From contig JALDZS010000016.1 in assembly GCA_022813965.1 (NCBI GenBank), forward strand, positions 1-64,000: 64,000 nt of DNA, given 5' to 3'. The notes below the pieces were generated by a model. It was not told where the DNA came from and made no database searches. It saw only the letters and a program-made list of their open reading frames with translations. Position 1 is the first letter of the stretch. Each line of letters begins with the position of its first letter. Below, in pieces: positions 47,465-60,502 of the stretch. Source of the stretch: Toensbergia leucococca (taxonomy: Eukaryota). A program made the translations under genes and the position numbers.

Positions 47465-48017
47465 AAGGTTAACGAGCAGAAGGTTGGAGCAGGACGTTAT
47501 TGCTGTGTGCTTTACTTTGCTATTCTCTATTAAGCGTATACCTTACGGTAGCACTATGTGCTACCTATTGCTATAGATGAGAATCCGGTCAAGACTACCT
47601 TAAAATAGTGATAAACACAGCTTCTGCTGTGATGCTTAGATCCCTATGAAGTGCGGACAACATAATCTGAGATTGTTCCGTTCTCTCCTCTGTACAAAAG
47701 CCGTAGATCCTCCATTCTCTAAACACTAATTTACACCTAGACAACATTGCAGCTTGCTCCGGGTATGAATCTACTCGAGGAGGTGTTGTCTTTTAAAATA
47801 CTTGAGTTAAGAGAGTACCAACCACTGAGGTACCTATCCCGGCTCTAGAACGGTGTAGTCATAGCCAATTACTCGCAACGTATATCGTATTGCGTTTGGG
47901 TATTTGGTGAGCTTACCGGCTAGGTAGGCTGTGACTGTGAGCCTAGCTCGAGAGTCATGGCGTGTACAGCTCTCTGAATTGATGATCATACCCATACGCT
48001 GCTATTTATATCAAAGA

Positions 48018-50873
48018 TTAAAGCCGCGCTTGTGTCTGAATCTCTGTCCGTCGCCGTCTTTTGGGGGATCTAGCTTCAATACCCGCTCGCGCATTGGAAG
48101 CTGCTGCACTGGCATAAAGCTCTTGACCAACTTTGTCTGCCAACGCCAATACTCGAGTGCTAACTGTAGCGCCGTCGCGTCGGTTTTTTCTGTGTCATTG
48201 TTAGTATTTATGCATTCGGATATTGAAAAGCATGTAGTGGATTGACTTGCCCTTCTCTCCTAGAACGAGCAATCGTTTCTGTAAAGTCCCAAAGCTTGCC
48301 TTCTGATATGATTCTTCCTGTCTCGGGATCGCGGCTTGGCGTCCATTCGGGAGCCAGTTTGACAGTTGTTGGGGTTTTCGAGTCTCGACCTTTGGCTAGT
48401 AGTACCATTGCCTCCTCGTCAAATCGCTGATACGCGTTCTTGAGAGTCTCCTTATTCACGGCTTCGAAGTATGACAAATCACCCTGGTGGTATAACGTTT
48501 TCCCCAGCTACCGAGTGTCAGTAAGGAGTCCACACTGACATGCTTCTGGATCTATCCTTACCAATTGGGCCTTGTCCTGTGTCTGTTTCAAATCAAGCCA
48601 TACCTCGCCCTGTTGGCCCAGGGGTGGCGCCAAGCACATCAACGATACTGCCCCCAGCCAGCTTGCCTCTATATACGGCCAGATTAAGAAGCAGTAAAAA
48701 TCGAAGTTCTCTCGCCCGCAGGCTCTTTCTTCATCACTAAGTTCCACTGCTATCACTTTGCCGCTGTACTCCCGTGTAACGGTGATGACTTGATCAGCTT
48801 CCAGACCTCGGAGAGTGGTCTCAAGATTTACGACTAGGCCTTCGAGGGGATAGATAAATTCACCACGGAAAAGCTGGATAGGTTAGTTGCGCTTCATTTT
48901 TAGATTTGGGATACTGACCTGGGAAAGAAATGATACTTGATTCAGAAGTGCTTCGTATGATATTCTTTGATTGTCTGGGCCCCCTCCTTGTTTCACACGA
49001 GTATACATGGCAACAGAGACCAGAGCTTCACTTATGAATAAATGGATTGTCATGTTCCGGTAAAATGACAATTGAAATCTATCGACGGCGTAGTATGTAA
49101 TATCAGGCAGACCCTCGATAGTACCGACCAATTCTTGTCCTAAGACCTCGAGACCTCGGTCGACGACGACGCTCGTGGGAGCGCCAGCGAAATGAGCTAC
49201 TCGTCCACCCTTGCCTCTAACACGATCACTCAACCATTCAATACGGCGTATAAGCTCTGCTTTGCCAACGCCTCGTCCTCGCAGCGTTAGCAGTACAGTA
49301 CCGATCAAAGCCGTAGGCATGACGACTGAAACAGCATTGATATCTGAAAGAACTTTGTATCCCATTGTCATCAAAAGCCGACCTTTGACTTTAGAGCTTT
49401 GCGAAACTTCTAGGGATGTTTGGCTTGGCAATTTATTCATTCGAGCTTGCTGATCTGTGATGAAACCTTTGAGACTCCATGGTTCATGAAAGCGAACGTC
49501 AACTCGCCCAAGCTTGAGTGAAAGAACCGAGGACGAGGAAAGAAAATCCATCAGGTTCTCCTTCGGCTTGGGCTGGCCAAGTAACTCGCTGATATAAGAT
49601 CTGGAAGCTTATTAGTAAGATTGCAGTTGAAGCCAATAGAGAAACACTATACTCTGTCTCAATAACCTTATCATACTGTGTGCTTACAGGGCATATGATT
49701 GCGTCATCGACGCGGCCGGATAGGACACTGTCAAGGAGAAAGCTCAAGATACCGAATTTAGGTGATAGAAGCTTTCCTGTTCTTGATCGGCTGCCTTCAA
49801 TAAAACATTCAAAATTGAAGCCGTTGCGGAGCAAAGTATCGATATAGGATTGTACAACGGTGGTGTACAGAGCGTCATCACGGAAGCTTCTTCTAATCCA
49901 CATAGCACCTGTACAGCGTCAGTCGATCAATGCAAATGATGGTCGAGAATCTCGCGATCAATAGGCCAGGTATTCACAGAAGTATCGCCAGAGGTTCATT
50001 TGAAAATTGGCTAGAAAAATAACGAGTAGAAACGGACCATACCTGCATGTTGAAGGAAAGATCCGACTAGTGGGAAATTCAGATTATCGCCAGCAACAAC
50101 CGTAGGCATAGCGATACCAAGTCGGTAGCAGATGAGCTGAAGGGAAACATAGTCAATGTGTGATCTATGGCATGGTAGGAAGATTATAGACTGCTTCTTC
50201 TTCGCCGCTTCTTCGGCAACCGATCGAAGTCGAAGGACCTCCTCGCTCGAGACATGAATACCTACCGATACTCCAGTCAGCAGCTCATCCCATGACTCGA
50301 CCATGTTTGTGAAGATGCTGCACCTTGATGATACGCCCGAGTCAACAATTGAGTTACCAAGTAGTATGACCCTCGAATAAATCTCTTGCTCTCGAATTTG
50401 CATATCATCCTGTCTGTCAAGTCCCACGCAACCTCTTCGAGGCTTGCTTTGATTTCCTCTAATCTCTGGGCACTCTTCCTATATTTATCTTCCCCCTCAC
50501 CAAGCAGACCGTTGTGTTCCTCAACCTGAATCCTGCGCCCTGCTAATTCCTCAATTTTTTGCCTAAGCATTGGCGTCCCCATAATAGCAGATTTCATGTT
50601 CTCACTGAACCCGTTGTAATATATTGGCTGGCCGATGAAATCGTCATAAGCTCGCCATCCTGTTCCAGAAACATGCAAGCTGATCTCTCGGAGGAACTCG
50701 AAGGGTGAATCGCGGAACCTCGCCATATGGCCGACGAGGTTACGGTCTGGAGAAGCATCCTGTGAAGTCTGAGACTCGACATAGCCAGCTGGATGGAGAG
50801 TAATCTGATCACCAAGGACGTCGAGATCTGGGGCAGAAGGTGGGGGGGTGGTTGGGGGTTGTGAGGATGACAT
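48018..50873 (-). CDS. Glycerol-3-phosphate/dihydroxyacetone-phosphate acyltransferase (PlsB/GNPAT-like), multi-exon, C-terminal PTS1 (ARL)
   Basis: Acyltransferase blocks CHRSHIDY, GAMWIRRS, FIEGSRSRTGK and PVSTQYDK. The last exon ends QARL-stop. Confidence 0.9.
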
Positions 50874-51227
50874 GTCACGTAGACTGCTACGGAGCAATGA
50901 GGACGAAGATCAAGGTTCCGGTGACATGATTGATCCGTCTTCCTAGAACGAGGACTAACAAAGTTCAATAGAAGAAATTTATAGAACCAGTGCTGTCGTG
51001 GTTGATGTAACAATCGGAGTGGAAGCGCATGACCGAATCGCGGCTATTTACGGAGCTATTCCGCAGTAGGGTTCACGTAATTAAGGGGTACGAGTACTGG
51101 GAGTGATATACATTCGGGTTTCGATGTAGCTCTCTATCTATATACATACATTACCGCTGATTGGGAGCACCAGTCTCTCAATGTGACTCCAAATACTCAA
51201 AGCGAGCAGCCCATGTCCTCATGCCCG

Positions 51228-54183
51228 TCATGTACTACCCTCCCAAGCCGAATTCTGGATATCAATTAGCTATACATCTCATCCGTACTTCAAAACTGAT
51301 TTACCTTTCGCAGAATGACCAAACCTTCGAGGTTACTTGCCAGACTGATGTATTGCTCATCTTCTAATTCTGCTCGTTCGCCATATGCCAACAGCACCGG
51401 TGTGCTTTGTGTCTGCCACCCTGTGATGGTTTTGGGCCGACCTGCTTGTCCCACGACATCCACAGCCTGACCAACCCTCACATTGACCTGTAAGGGCTTG
51501 AGATCTTCATCCAGCGTTACCAAGAACCTTGGGTGCATTGCGGTGACGATGAAATATAGAAGATAATGTGACTCGGCAAGAATGAACTGCTTGGCATCAA
51601 TCATAGCTACTAGGACTGTAAGGAGGCCAGCGGCCGCGACACGAGAAAGTATTTGTCGATCCGTGTGGAATGGATTGATTGACATTGTACCCTTACCCAT
51701 ATGCAGAAGACCTTGCGCGATTCGAACCATGAACAGAGAATTTTGATCTCGGTGATAGTAGCTTGCGAGCTGTCTCAACAGTTGTGCAAGTCTGGCGTTA
51801 TTTGTGCCCGCGCCTAGTAGACCCATAGCGAAGATAGCATTAATGGCCACATCGTTATCATTGTCATGGCTATACCGTGACAATGTATCGTAAACCTTCA
51901 TTTGAGGATTGCTAGGGCTTATAAGACCCATGGCAAGAGGGACTGCCTTGCGAATGTTAGGTTCTCCGTAATGCATCAGATGGCCGAATTGACGGAGGAC
52001 CATCTCTTGGCCCACCTCTTCGCCCATCGATATCAAGGATAAGCCAAGAACAGCATACGTTTGAAGAAGTTCGTCCCCCTTCTTATCATCGCCATCCTCA
52101 ATGTGATCATTGCAGATGTGTAGGAGTTCTTGCATCTTCAAGACGGTCCCTGTACCAGCCCAGGCACAGACTTCTGCCAGCACTGCGGCAGGTTTTGCCA
52201 TAGGATGATCGATGGCTTTCAGCGTCTCTAGGATGACCTCAACTTCTTCTTGTCGTCCAAAGAATAATAATGCAAGACCTAGAGACATAAACCGTGTCCA
52301 TTTATCTTTGAGTTGCTTTTGCCGCTCTTCATCAAGCAAAGTAGTAATTATGGCCTCGCTAACTCGGTCGTTTGAAGAGCCAACGAAAATAAGACCAAGC
52401 GAGAGCGCAGCCATAGCTGACAGCTGCATGTCCAGTGAGGTGTCTTCCACGATTGGCAGTAAAAGTTCAAGGAGGTCTTCTTTGTTGGTGCCAGCATATG
52501 AGAGCCCGAGGCCCATTATCGACGCCATCCTCATTGGGACACTCTTGCTATCAATGTTCTCAGGATCGCTGAGCAAAGCCATTGCAGGATCTGAATCCAT
52601 TCTCACACCGGAATTGATGATTCCTATACCTAACAGTGCGCCGGCCTTGATTTGATCCTCGGGGGCATATGTAAATTTGTCGATCTTATCGAGGCCCATT
52701 TCGACATCCCACTGCAGCAGCATTCCCATCGACGCTGCCGTTGACATCATGCCGTCGTCTTTTGTTTTCCATACCCAGCTTGTTTTCTCTCCCTCAACTA
52801 GCATCATCTTGTCATTACCAAATCCTGCATTAGTGAAGGCATTGACGAAAGCGCTAGCTAAGTTTTGCCTAGCAGAATCTACATTGGTTAATCCAGCCGT
52901 CCGACTGCTTTCCAAGTGACTTTTGTAAATATCGTCAGGCATTTTCGGCTCAAGGATGTTCAACTCCTTTGCTAAAGATTTGAAATGGTAAGGAAGCTTG
53001 ATGTTACATAAGCAATCGGTAAGATCCTCCTCCGCGTTTTCAGGGGGATCCAACCAGATCTGCTGCCGTGCTAATAATAATGCCATCTGCTTTTTAAGGG
53101 CAAGGTCTTTGGTAGAGTCGAAGTCTTGATGTATGAGATCGAGGTCATTTAGTCGAATTGCGAGTACCATGGCTTGGGAAAGTTTGTTGTATTGTTTATA
53201 GATGTCATGAGCTGCTCGTAGGAATTGTTGATCCTCAGGATACGTAAGAAGATTAACCATGCTGACCATGTAGAGACACACTCTCGGGTAAGTATTCTCA
53301 TCTAGGTATTGTGGAATTTCCTGTATTCTCTCAAGCTCACTCAATACATCCACAGCATCAGCTTCGGCGTTATGACTTAAGAAGTATGGAACGAGTGCTC
53401 TTGCTAGGTCAAGCAGATCTTGGGAGTCTACGTCATCCATCATCCTTCTCTGATAGTCTTGTCCAATCTCGAGTGCTAGATGTCGGACGTATTCATGGCC
53501 CCATGAGCCTAAGTCTTCTGAAGGCGCAAGGAGGCGGTATTTGAGTGTCTCTAATTTCTCCTCGTCACCTTGAGTCATCCCAAGAACGGACAAAACGTCT
53601 GCGAGGGAATTCTGGTCATCCACATTAGCACAACAGGTTCTATTTAGGATAAGCCCAAAGTCACCTTGTCTTCTCCACTTGGCCATTGTTCATACGTCTT
53701 GGCTAAATCATCAAAGTGCGGTCGAAGAAACTTTAGTGGTTTCGGGACTGCCGTCATGGATGATGTAGAAGTCTTAATAAAATCCTTGATGGCTTCAAGA
53801 GCTGGTTTGTAAAGTGTAGTATCAGGTTCCTGGTCATATCATCCTCGTAAGCACCAACGCAGTAAGACTAGGATTCTCGACATTGACGGTACCTTCAGAC
53901 GTGCGACCAACATCTCAAGCTCTGTCTTTAGCTGCTGGTCCTCCTCATTAAGTTCCTCTGCAGTATAAGTAAGCCTGGATCAGCATCGTTACACCGAAGC
54001 GCAAAGCTTCGTGGATCATGTACCCTCCTGAGGCTCTTGGCCCTTTTTACCGTTGACCAAAGGCTTGCCATCCTTATCCTTTTTCACTTCTTCTGATTTT
54101 TTGTCTCCATTTATTGTTTGGTCATCCACTGCCTTGCCCTTGCCCTTTTCCGCAGCAGTCGGCTCTCCATTCTCCTTGGCCAT
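51228..54183 (-). CDS. RPN1: 26S proteasome regulatory subunit Rpn1, multi-exon
   Basis: TSTSSMTAVPKPLKFLRPH, WGHEYVRHL, NAEADAVD, PC repeats and VNVRVGQAVDVVGQAGRPKTITGWQT. Confidence 0.97.
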
Positions 54184-54514
54184 CCTCAGCCCAGCAGGTG
54201 ATGATATTTAAGAAGATCGGCAGGAGGTATCGGGGAAACTGAAGATGATGATTAGAGGGACAAGACAGGAATCGACAAATCGTGAGGGAAATGGAGAGCC
54301 AGCCAAGTATGGGAAAGATTGAGAAATAGTTGATCGAGAATGGGAGTGATGGTGAGCTCTTCGCGTTCAAAGTAGTCTCGTCGGCGAGTCGGGCTCCGGC
54401 TTGACTTTTCAGCGAACCCAAACCCACACCACCAAGAAATTCGGAGGGCCTTCGGGCATCCAAGTCTACACTTCTACTACACTTCTATTCCGCACACCTC
54501 TCATCTACTCGACC

Positions 54515-55906
54515 ATGAAGCTCGATACAAAAGTCATGCGCTACTTGACCTCTGAGGACTGGCGCGTCCTCACCGCCGTACGCTCTCCCTACTTCAAAGC
54601 CACCTCCAAACTCATCTTAACAGCTAACAAGACCCCAATCAGGTGGAAATGGGCAGCAAGAACCATGAGATTGTCCCAACCCCACTGATCGAGAAGTTAT
54701 CCGGCCTCCGCGGTGGTAGTGGCGTTCACAAATGCATTTCCACCCTCGCAAAAGCGAACCTCATCGCTCGAGTTAAAAATGCAAAATGTAAAAACCTACA
54801 AACAACACTTAAACTCGCCCTGACTATTCTTCCCAGACGACGGCTACCGCCTCACCTACGGCGGTCTTGACTACCTCTCCCTCCACACGCATCTCAAGCG
54901 CCAAACCCTCTACAGCATTGGCAACCAAATCGGCACCGGTAAAGAATCCGACATCTACGTGGCCGCCTCCCCAAGCGGCATTTCCCACGTTGTCAAAATC
55001 CACCGCCTAGGCCGCATTTCCTTCCGCACCGTCAAAACAAATAGAGACTATCTCCGTCACCGCTCCTCCGCCTCGTGGATGTACATGAGCCGGCTAGCAG
55101 CATTGAAGGAATTCGCCTTCATGAAAGCGTTGCGGGAGAATGGGTTTCCGGTGCCAGAGCCGATTGCGCAGAGCAGGCATATGATTGTGATGAGTCTGAT
55201 CGATGCGTTTCCTCTGCGCCAGATCTCTGAGGTGCCCGACCCGGCGGGGTTGTATTCGGAGTTGATAGATATGATACTCCGACTTGCAAGCTTCGGCCTC
55301 ATTCACGGCGATTTCAACGAATTCAATATTTTGATCAAAGAGGAAGACAAAGTAGCCCCCGCCGTCAGAAACACAAAAGACCAAGTACTCACATCATCAG
55401 AACCCTCCAAAAAACTGACACCAATTCTGATCGACTTTCCCCAAATGTTATCTGTAGATCACGCAAATGCCGTCATGTATTTTGACAGAGATGTAAATTG
55501 TATAAAACGCTTTTTCGAGAGGCGTTTTCACTTCACTAGCGATGAGCCTGGGCCCTTTTACGCTGACGCGAGAAAGCTAATTGGAAAGAGCGGAAGCAAG
55601 AGGCTAGATGTTGAGGTCGAGGCAACAGGATTCTCCAAGAAAATGGCAAAGGAACTCGAGACGTATATGCGAGAGGTTGGTGTCGACGGAGATGGGGGAA
55701 AGGATCGGGACGATGGAAATGGGTTAGATGATCCAGATAGCGAGAATGATTCAGACAGCGAAGATGGACTCCAAGGTAGGGAGGAGGAGGTTGACAGTGA
55801 GATTACGGACGAAAATCCGAATTCTACTGGTGAAAGAGTTGAAAAGGAGGGAGAATGCCTAGATACTCGAGCATTGTCAACTCTCTCACTTGAAGAGAAG
55901 ACTTAG
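54515..55906 (+). CDS. RIO2: Atypical serine/threonine kinase Rio2, two introns near the 5' end
   Basis: EDWRVLTA|VEMGSKNHE, DGYRLTYGGLDY, IGTGKESDIY, HRLGRISFR, IHGDFNEFN, IDFPQ and YFDRDV. Confidence 0.97.
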
Positions 55907-56552
55907 AATCCTAGACTTGAATAACATCGACACGTCAAGTTGAAAAAATCCATGAACGGTGAAAACGAGAATTTTCTGGAGCAAGTAGTAAGGTAAGCTA
56001 TGAAGCTAAAGAATTATGACGCTCATACAAGTCCTGTTTGTCAAGACTAGAGCAATTTCGAGCCCGAATTTACCGCCCAAGTAATAACCTTCCCTCAAGA
56101 TGCCTCTCCAGATGATATGTCGCTAATATGCGTAGACTAGGCCACCCATCATGATCGCATGTCTCGTGAGACCATTTAAGCTAGATGAGTTGCTAAAGGC
56201 GATGCAATGAGGCGAATGTTTCGAATAAACATAGTCGAGGATATTGGCCGGGTGAACTATACTCGAAGGTCGGAAGTGCAATGAATAGATAGTAGACAAG
56301 CCATTCGGGTGTGATGGTGACCAACGCATAACGATGGCAAAGAAGAGAAGTACGAGGGAAATCAGCAATTAAGACTTTGAGTGCATATTTCCATGCAGGC
56401 CTAAACGTTTGATGGACGGTGCAAGCAAAGATCTAAAAGACAAGATTAAGATGGAGACCCACGTGATGGGAATCTTAGGGATAAGCCAGGATAAGATTGT
56501 CGATTCGAATTCTGGCCATGGTCGGCTAGTATACCAGTTGCTTAGGGGTGAG

Positions 56553-58730
56553 TCACATCACAGACTTAGATGGCGAAGTACGACACTTGTTCCCGTGCGG
56601 CGTGACCGGAGTGGAGCTGCAAATCTGGATACCCTCCTGGGGAGTAGACGGTGGAGTATTTGAGACTGCTCTTTCGCCATCAGTTGTTCGCTTGGCAGCA
56701 GCGACAACACTTGGACTCTCAATCTTCACTTCAGAAGAGTAATGCCCACGAAAAGGTTGAATGTTCTCCACTAGAGTTGCAGACCCAGATATGCCTGACA
56801 TTACTGGAGTGGGGCGGCCGATTAATGTTTCCGGATAACCGTAGAAGCTTGAGGTACATGGTGTTAGAGTGGTTCAACGATGACGATCAAGAGATGTGAC
56901 CTACGTTGGCGAAATGGGCGACTTATTTAGCCACACCCCATTTGACCCTGTCACGGGTGTCTGCAGAGAGGTAGGGAAAGTAGCCGAAGTAGGCGAATAG
57001 TAATGGTATGGCGAAGACGGGCCGAAAGCGACAGTATTGTACTCATTTGATTTGAACTGACGTCGCTGTGTAGTGCGGTGCTTGAGGTCCTTCTGTTTGT
57101 CCGTATCTGCGTAACGAATCTGAAGTTCCGCACCATCTTTCCCGAGAGGCTTCCCATGAAAGGCCTTGATAATCTCTTCGCATTTCTCATGAGACTCAAA
57201 TCTGTGCACTCATGGTAAGCTACCCAAACAGATACATTGCTCGAAGCGATGAGATAGTTGATCACATACCGAGCGAAGCCAACCCCACGGCTCAGAGCGT
57301 TTTGGTCACGCAGGATCTTCTTCGATAGGACATTATAGCCCGCGAAAATAGCCATCAACTCCTGTGCTATTGTCAGTGTAAGATCCCTCCAGCAGCTTTA
57401 ATACACTCACGGCTTCATTTGTATCCCGTGGAAGATTTGACAGATAGAGGTTGGTGTTATCAGGATCACTAAGGGTCTTGAGGCAGGAGTTGTGCGACTC
57501 CTACAGGAAACATTAGAACAAACAGACTAACGCATGAAAGGCTTTCGTACTCTTGCATATTTCGCCTCGTATCCAAGATAGAAGAATCCACGGATGCAGT
57601 TTTCGCTCTGGACATAATTATGGTATTCGATGAAGCCAAACCTGTATTTGACGTCAGTGGACATGAATCATACCCACGGTGTAGGAGCTGAGGTCACCCT
57701 TTGCAAAGCCCAGTGGTTTCGTCGATTATGGCCTTGCGTCTCACGATCTCTCCAAAACGCTCTCCATAGCCATGAAGCATCTCGTCAGTAGTGTTCGGGT
57801 GGAGGCCACGAATATAAACATTTGTTGTTCCTAGATCGTTGTTTACACTCTTGGCTAGAGTACCACGTCCGGAGTCGGCACTCCATGGAGCTGGAATGGC
57901 TACTGGAATCGCGGGATCTTTCTGGGTGATCTTGTCAAAGTCTTCAACTTGGTACTGCCCATTGCCTACTTTCCAGAGCTGCTGATTGAGGTTTGGTTTC
58001 GCACTTTGCTGCGGAGATGGTGTACTCCAAGCAAACGGAGACCGATCAGCGACAATGACGGCTGGCTGATACTCACCTTGGCTATCAGCACCAAAGAAAG
58101 GAGTACGGGGTCCTGCCTCTTCGTTGGACGACCATGATGTGCGTCGAGTTGCTGCAAGATCAGGCACTTCTCTCGAAAGATGCTGTGGCGCCCAAGCATG
58201 GCCATTTGGTACGAAAGGCACGTTTCGCTGCCCAGAAGAGGAGAAGCCATTATAAGTAGCCTGTGGAAGGTACGTTGTCTGTGTAGGAGCCATAGCAAAA
58301 TTTCCCGAGGGTTGCTGGTAATTCCCTTGAGCGGCATTGACGCCGGATACAAGCAGAGTACCATCGGGAAGCTGGTAGTAAGTTGGACCGTTGGCTTGAG
58401 TTGCGTTCATAGAATTGGTAGAATTGCCAGGAATAGTGCTATTGCTAGATCTGCCTGTCCCAATCGAGCCAGAACTGTGGAGACCCAAACTGCCAAAAGG
58501 ACGAGCCAAATCGCCCACATTGATATCACGACGAGTGTTCATGATCGGGTTTTGGGTGTACAGTTGACCATGAGACTGATACTGAACTTGACCATAAGGC
58601 AAAGCATGTCCAAAACTAGTAGCGTTGGTTGAATAGGTAGTGCCATGCCCTGGATAGGCAGCGAGAAGTTGATCGCTAGGAGAACGCATGTTGAGCTGTG
58701 TTTACCTGGGCCAAGACTATGTGAGCCCAT
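56553..58730 (-). CDS. Two-RRM RNA-binding protein of the MSSP/RBMS, Rim4/Spo5-like group, with low-complexity N-terminus (multi-exon)
   Basis: RRM1 TNVYIRGL..KAIID..CKG|FGFI and RRM2 TNLYLSNLP..SRGVGFAR|F..LQIRYADT..QK. The N-terminus is Q/N/S/Y-rich. The start is 58730 or 58689. Confidence 0.85.
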
Positions 58731-60030
58731 GACTTGATTCCGCTCATGACATCGCGAAAGGTGCGACAGTGTTCAGTAGTCTTCTTGGAGACTGTCACAA
58801 AGATAAAATGGAAAGTAGGAAGCACGGGTGATATAGAAGCATAGATTGCGTTCCCTTTGGATGTAACAAGGAACGAAATTGGAGGATAAATGAAAGAATG
58901 TCTTGATAAAACACAAGAGACTACAGCGTAGTCCAAAGCGTTCTTGCTCATTCGATGGCAGGTGACTCACTTGTAAAGAGCTTGTGTGTTGCTTGACGGG
59001 AGTAGCGTAGACCGAGTATTGCTTCTTCACGATGGCTCCGAGTTAGCAAGCTACAGGCAGAGAATATCAAAGAACTTATAGCACTTACATGAGTCAGAAA
59101 TGAGAGCCAGCAAAGGCCAAGTATACAGGCTTTGGTGACGGTTGCTGTAAGGCAACTGTCAGGAATTGGTGACGATAGCCTGAGGGTTGTAGGTAGTACA
59201 CACAATGGTTGATGGCGACGGAGATATCTGATTTAGCAAGTTGGGTATAACACGTGCAACACGTACGAGTACGATGTATGGTTACGAGCAAAGTGCTAAT
59301 ATTGGTTGAAAGTGCAAAGAGTCGTTGGTAAAAGAGGTGAGAAGAATTGAGTCGGGTGCGGAAAAGAAAGAGGTGAGCGGGGAGAGCAGAGAGGGTTTGT
59401 AAATAAATGATACTTAGGGTAATAACACAGACGAGGAAGGAAGGCCCAACCACTTCACGTCACATTGCCGAAGACACAAGATACAAGTCACATCCTTTGC
59501 CATTTCTCGCTGTCCACATTATTCTAGTTGCTAGAACGTCTTGACAGCGGAAAGCGGAAAGGGAATACACTTTATACTCCAGGTGGACCACTGCCCTTCA
59601 AGGGTACACCCTGGGCACAAAGCTGCAGCTTGCATACTCCTACTCTATATCTCATCTCAACATCTTTGACACACCGAGTCCACCTGGATATTTTTTTCGT
59701 CACAGATCACACATCACAAAATCTTGCATCTGCCTCAACCACATCTGTTGCCAGCGACCGAGTCCTCGAGTCTCAGTCAGTTCTGTACTTCAACAATAGA
59801 ACTCGTTGCTATGACTTAGTATCTTTGGAGATTCGTTTTCGTTACCTGCTGATTATGTCACGTACAAATTCCAGAGCCTTTTGAACTGGACAGGCTGTTC
59901 CGTAACCGGACGCCTTCTTCGGTACCATCAATCTTAGCATCAATTGCCACAATTACTCAGCGACAATTCATAAATACCTATGTTGAACATGTTCGAGGAC
60001 GGCGGTACTGGTGATGGCGCGGACAAGCTT

Positions 60031-60502
60031 TCATATCGTCGTCTTTCGATGACAGTGGACTACGTGTGGGTCAATTAAATTATCTTTCCTCGCAGCAGAG
60101 TTCGACTTTTGTTGAATTATCGGTGCATAATGAGGGTTGACAACGATTACTTTAGGTCTGCCATGGCAATTGTCTGAGGGTGTGTCACAGGCTATGGCAC
60201 GACCGCCATTTCCGCTGCCAAAGAGCTCTTCGAATGAGAGACTACAGGGGCTTTTTTGACGTGGCATAATTTCGGATATTCCCGAGTCCATGACAGTGTA
60301 GGCCATCTCACTGGTCGCATCACTGAGCACTCGGTCTTTTGGGGCTTTTGCATAAAGGTCGCGAAATGTGACAGGACTGATGGTGAGGTTGACGTTGGAA
60401 ATGGAGCTAGTGGCGGACAAGATCCAACCTGAGCGCTAAATAAGGAGATAAGGTAGGTAGGTAACCTAACGCTATTCGTACCTTACTGCCGCAGAACTTC
60501 AT
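60031..60502 (-). CDS. Possible lineage-specific small gene (unknown function)
   Basis: A 129-aa open frame can be joined to ATG AAG TTC TGC GGC A|gtaagg..ctcag|GT TGG. No recognisable domain. Confidence 0.25.

Noticed and set aside
58690..58740. In-frame TAG upstream of the RRM ORF as an A-to-I-corrected stop
   Set aside because: A TAA is also in frame, and an ordinary intron or a downstream ATG explains the 5' end.
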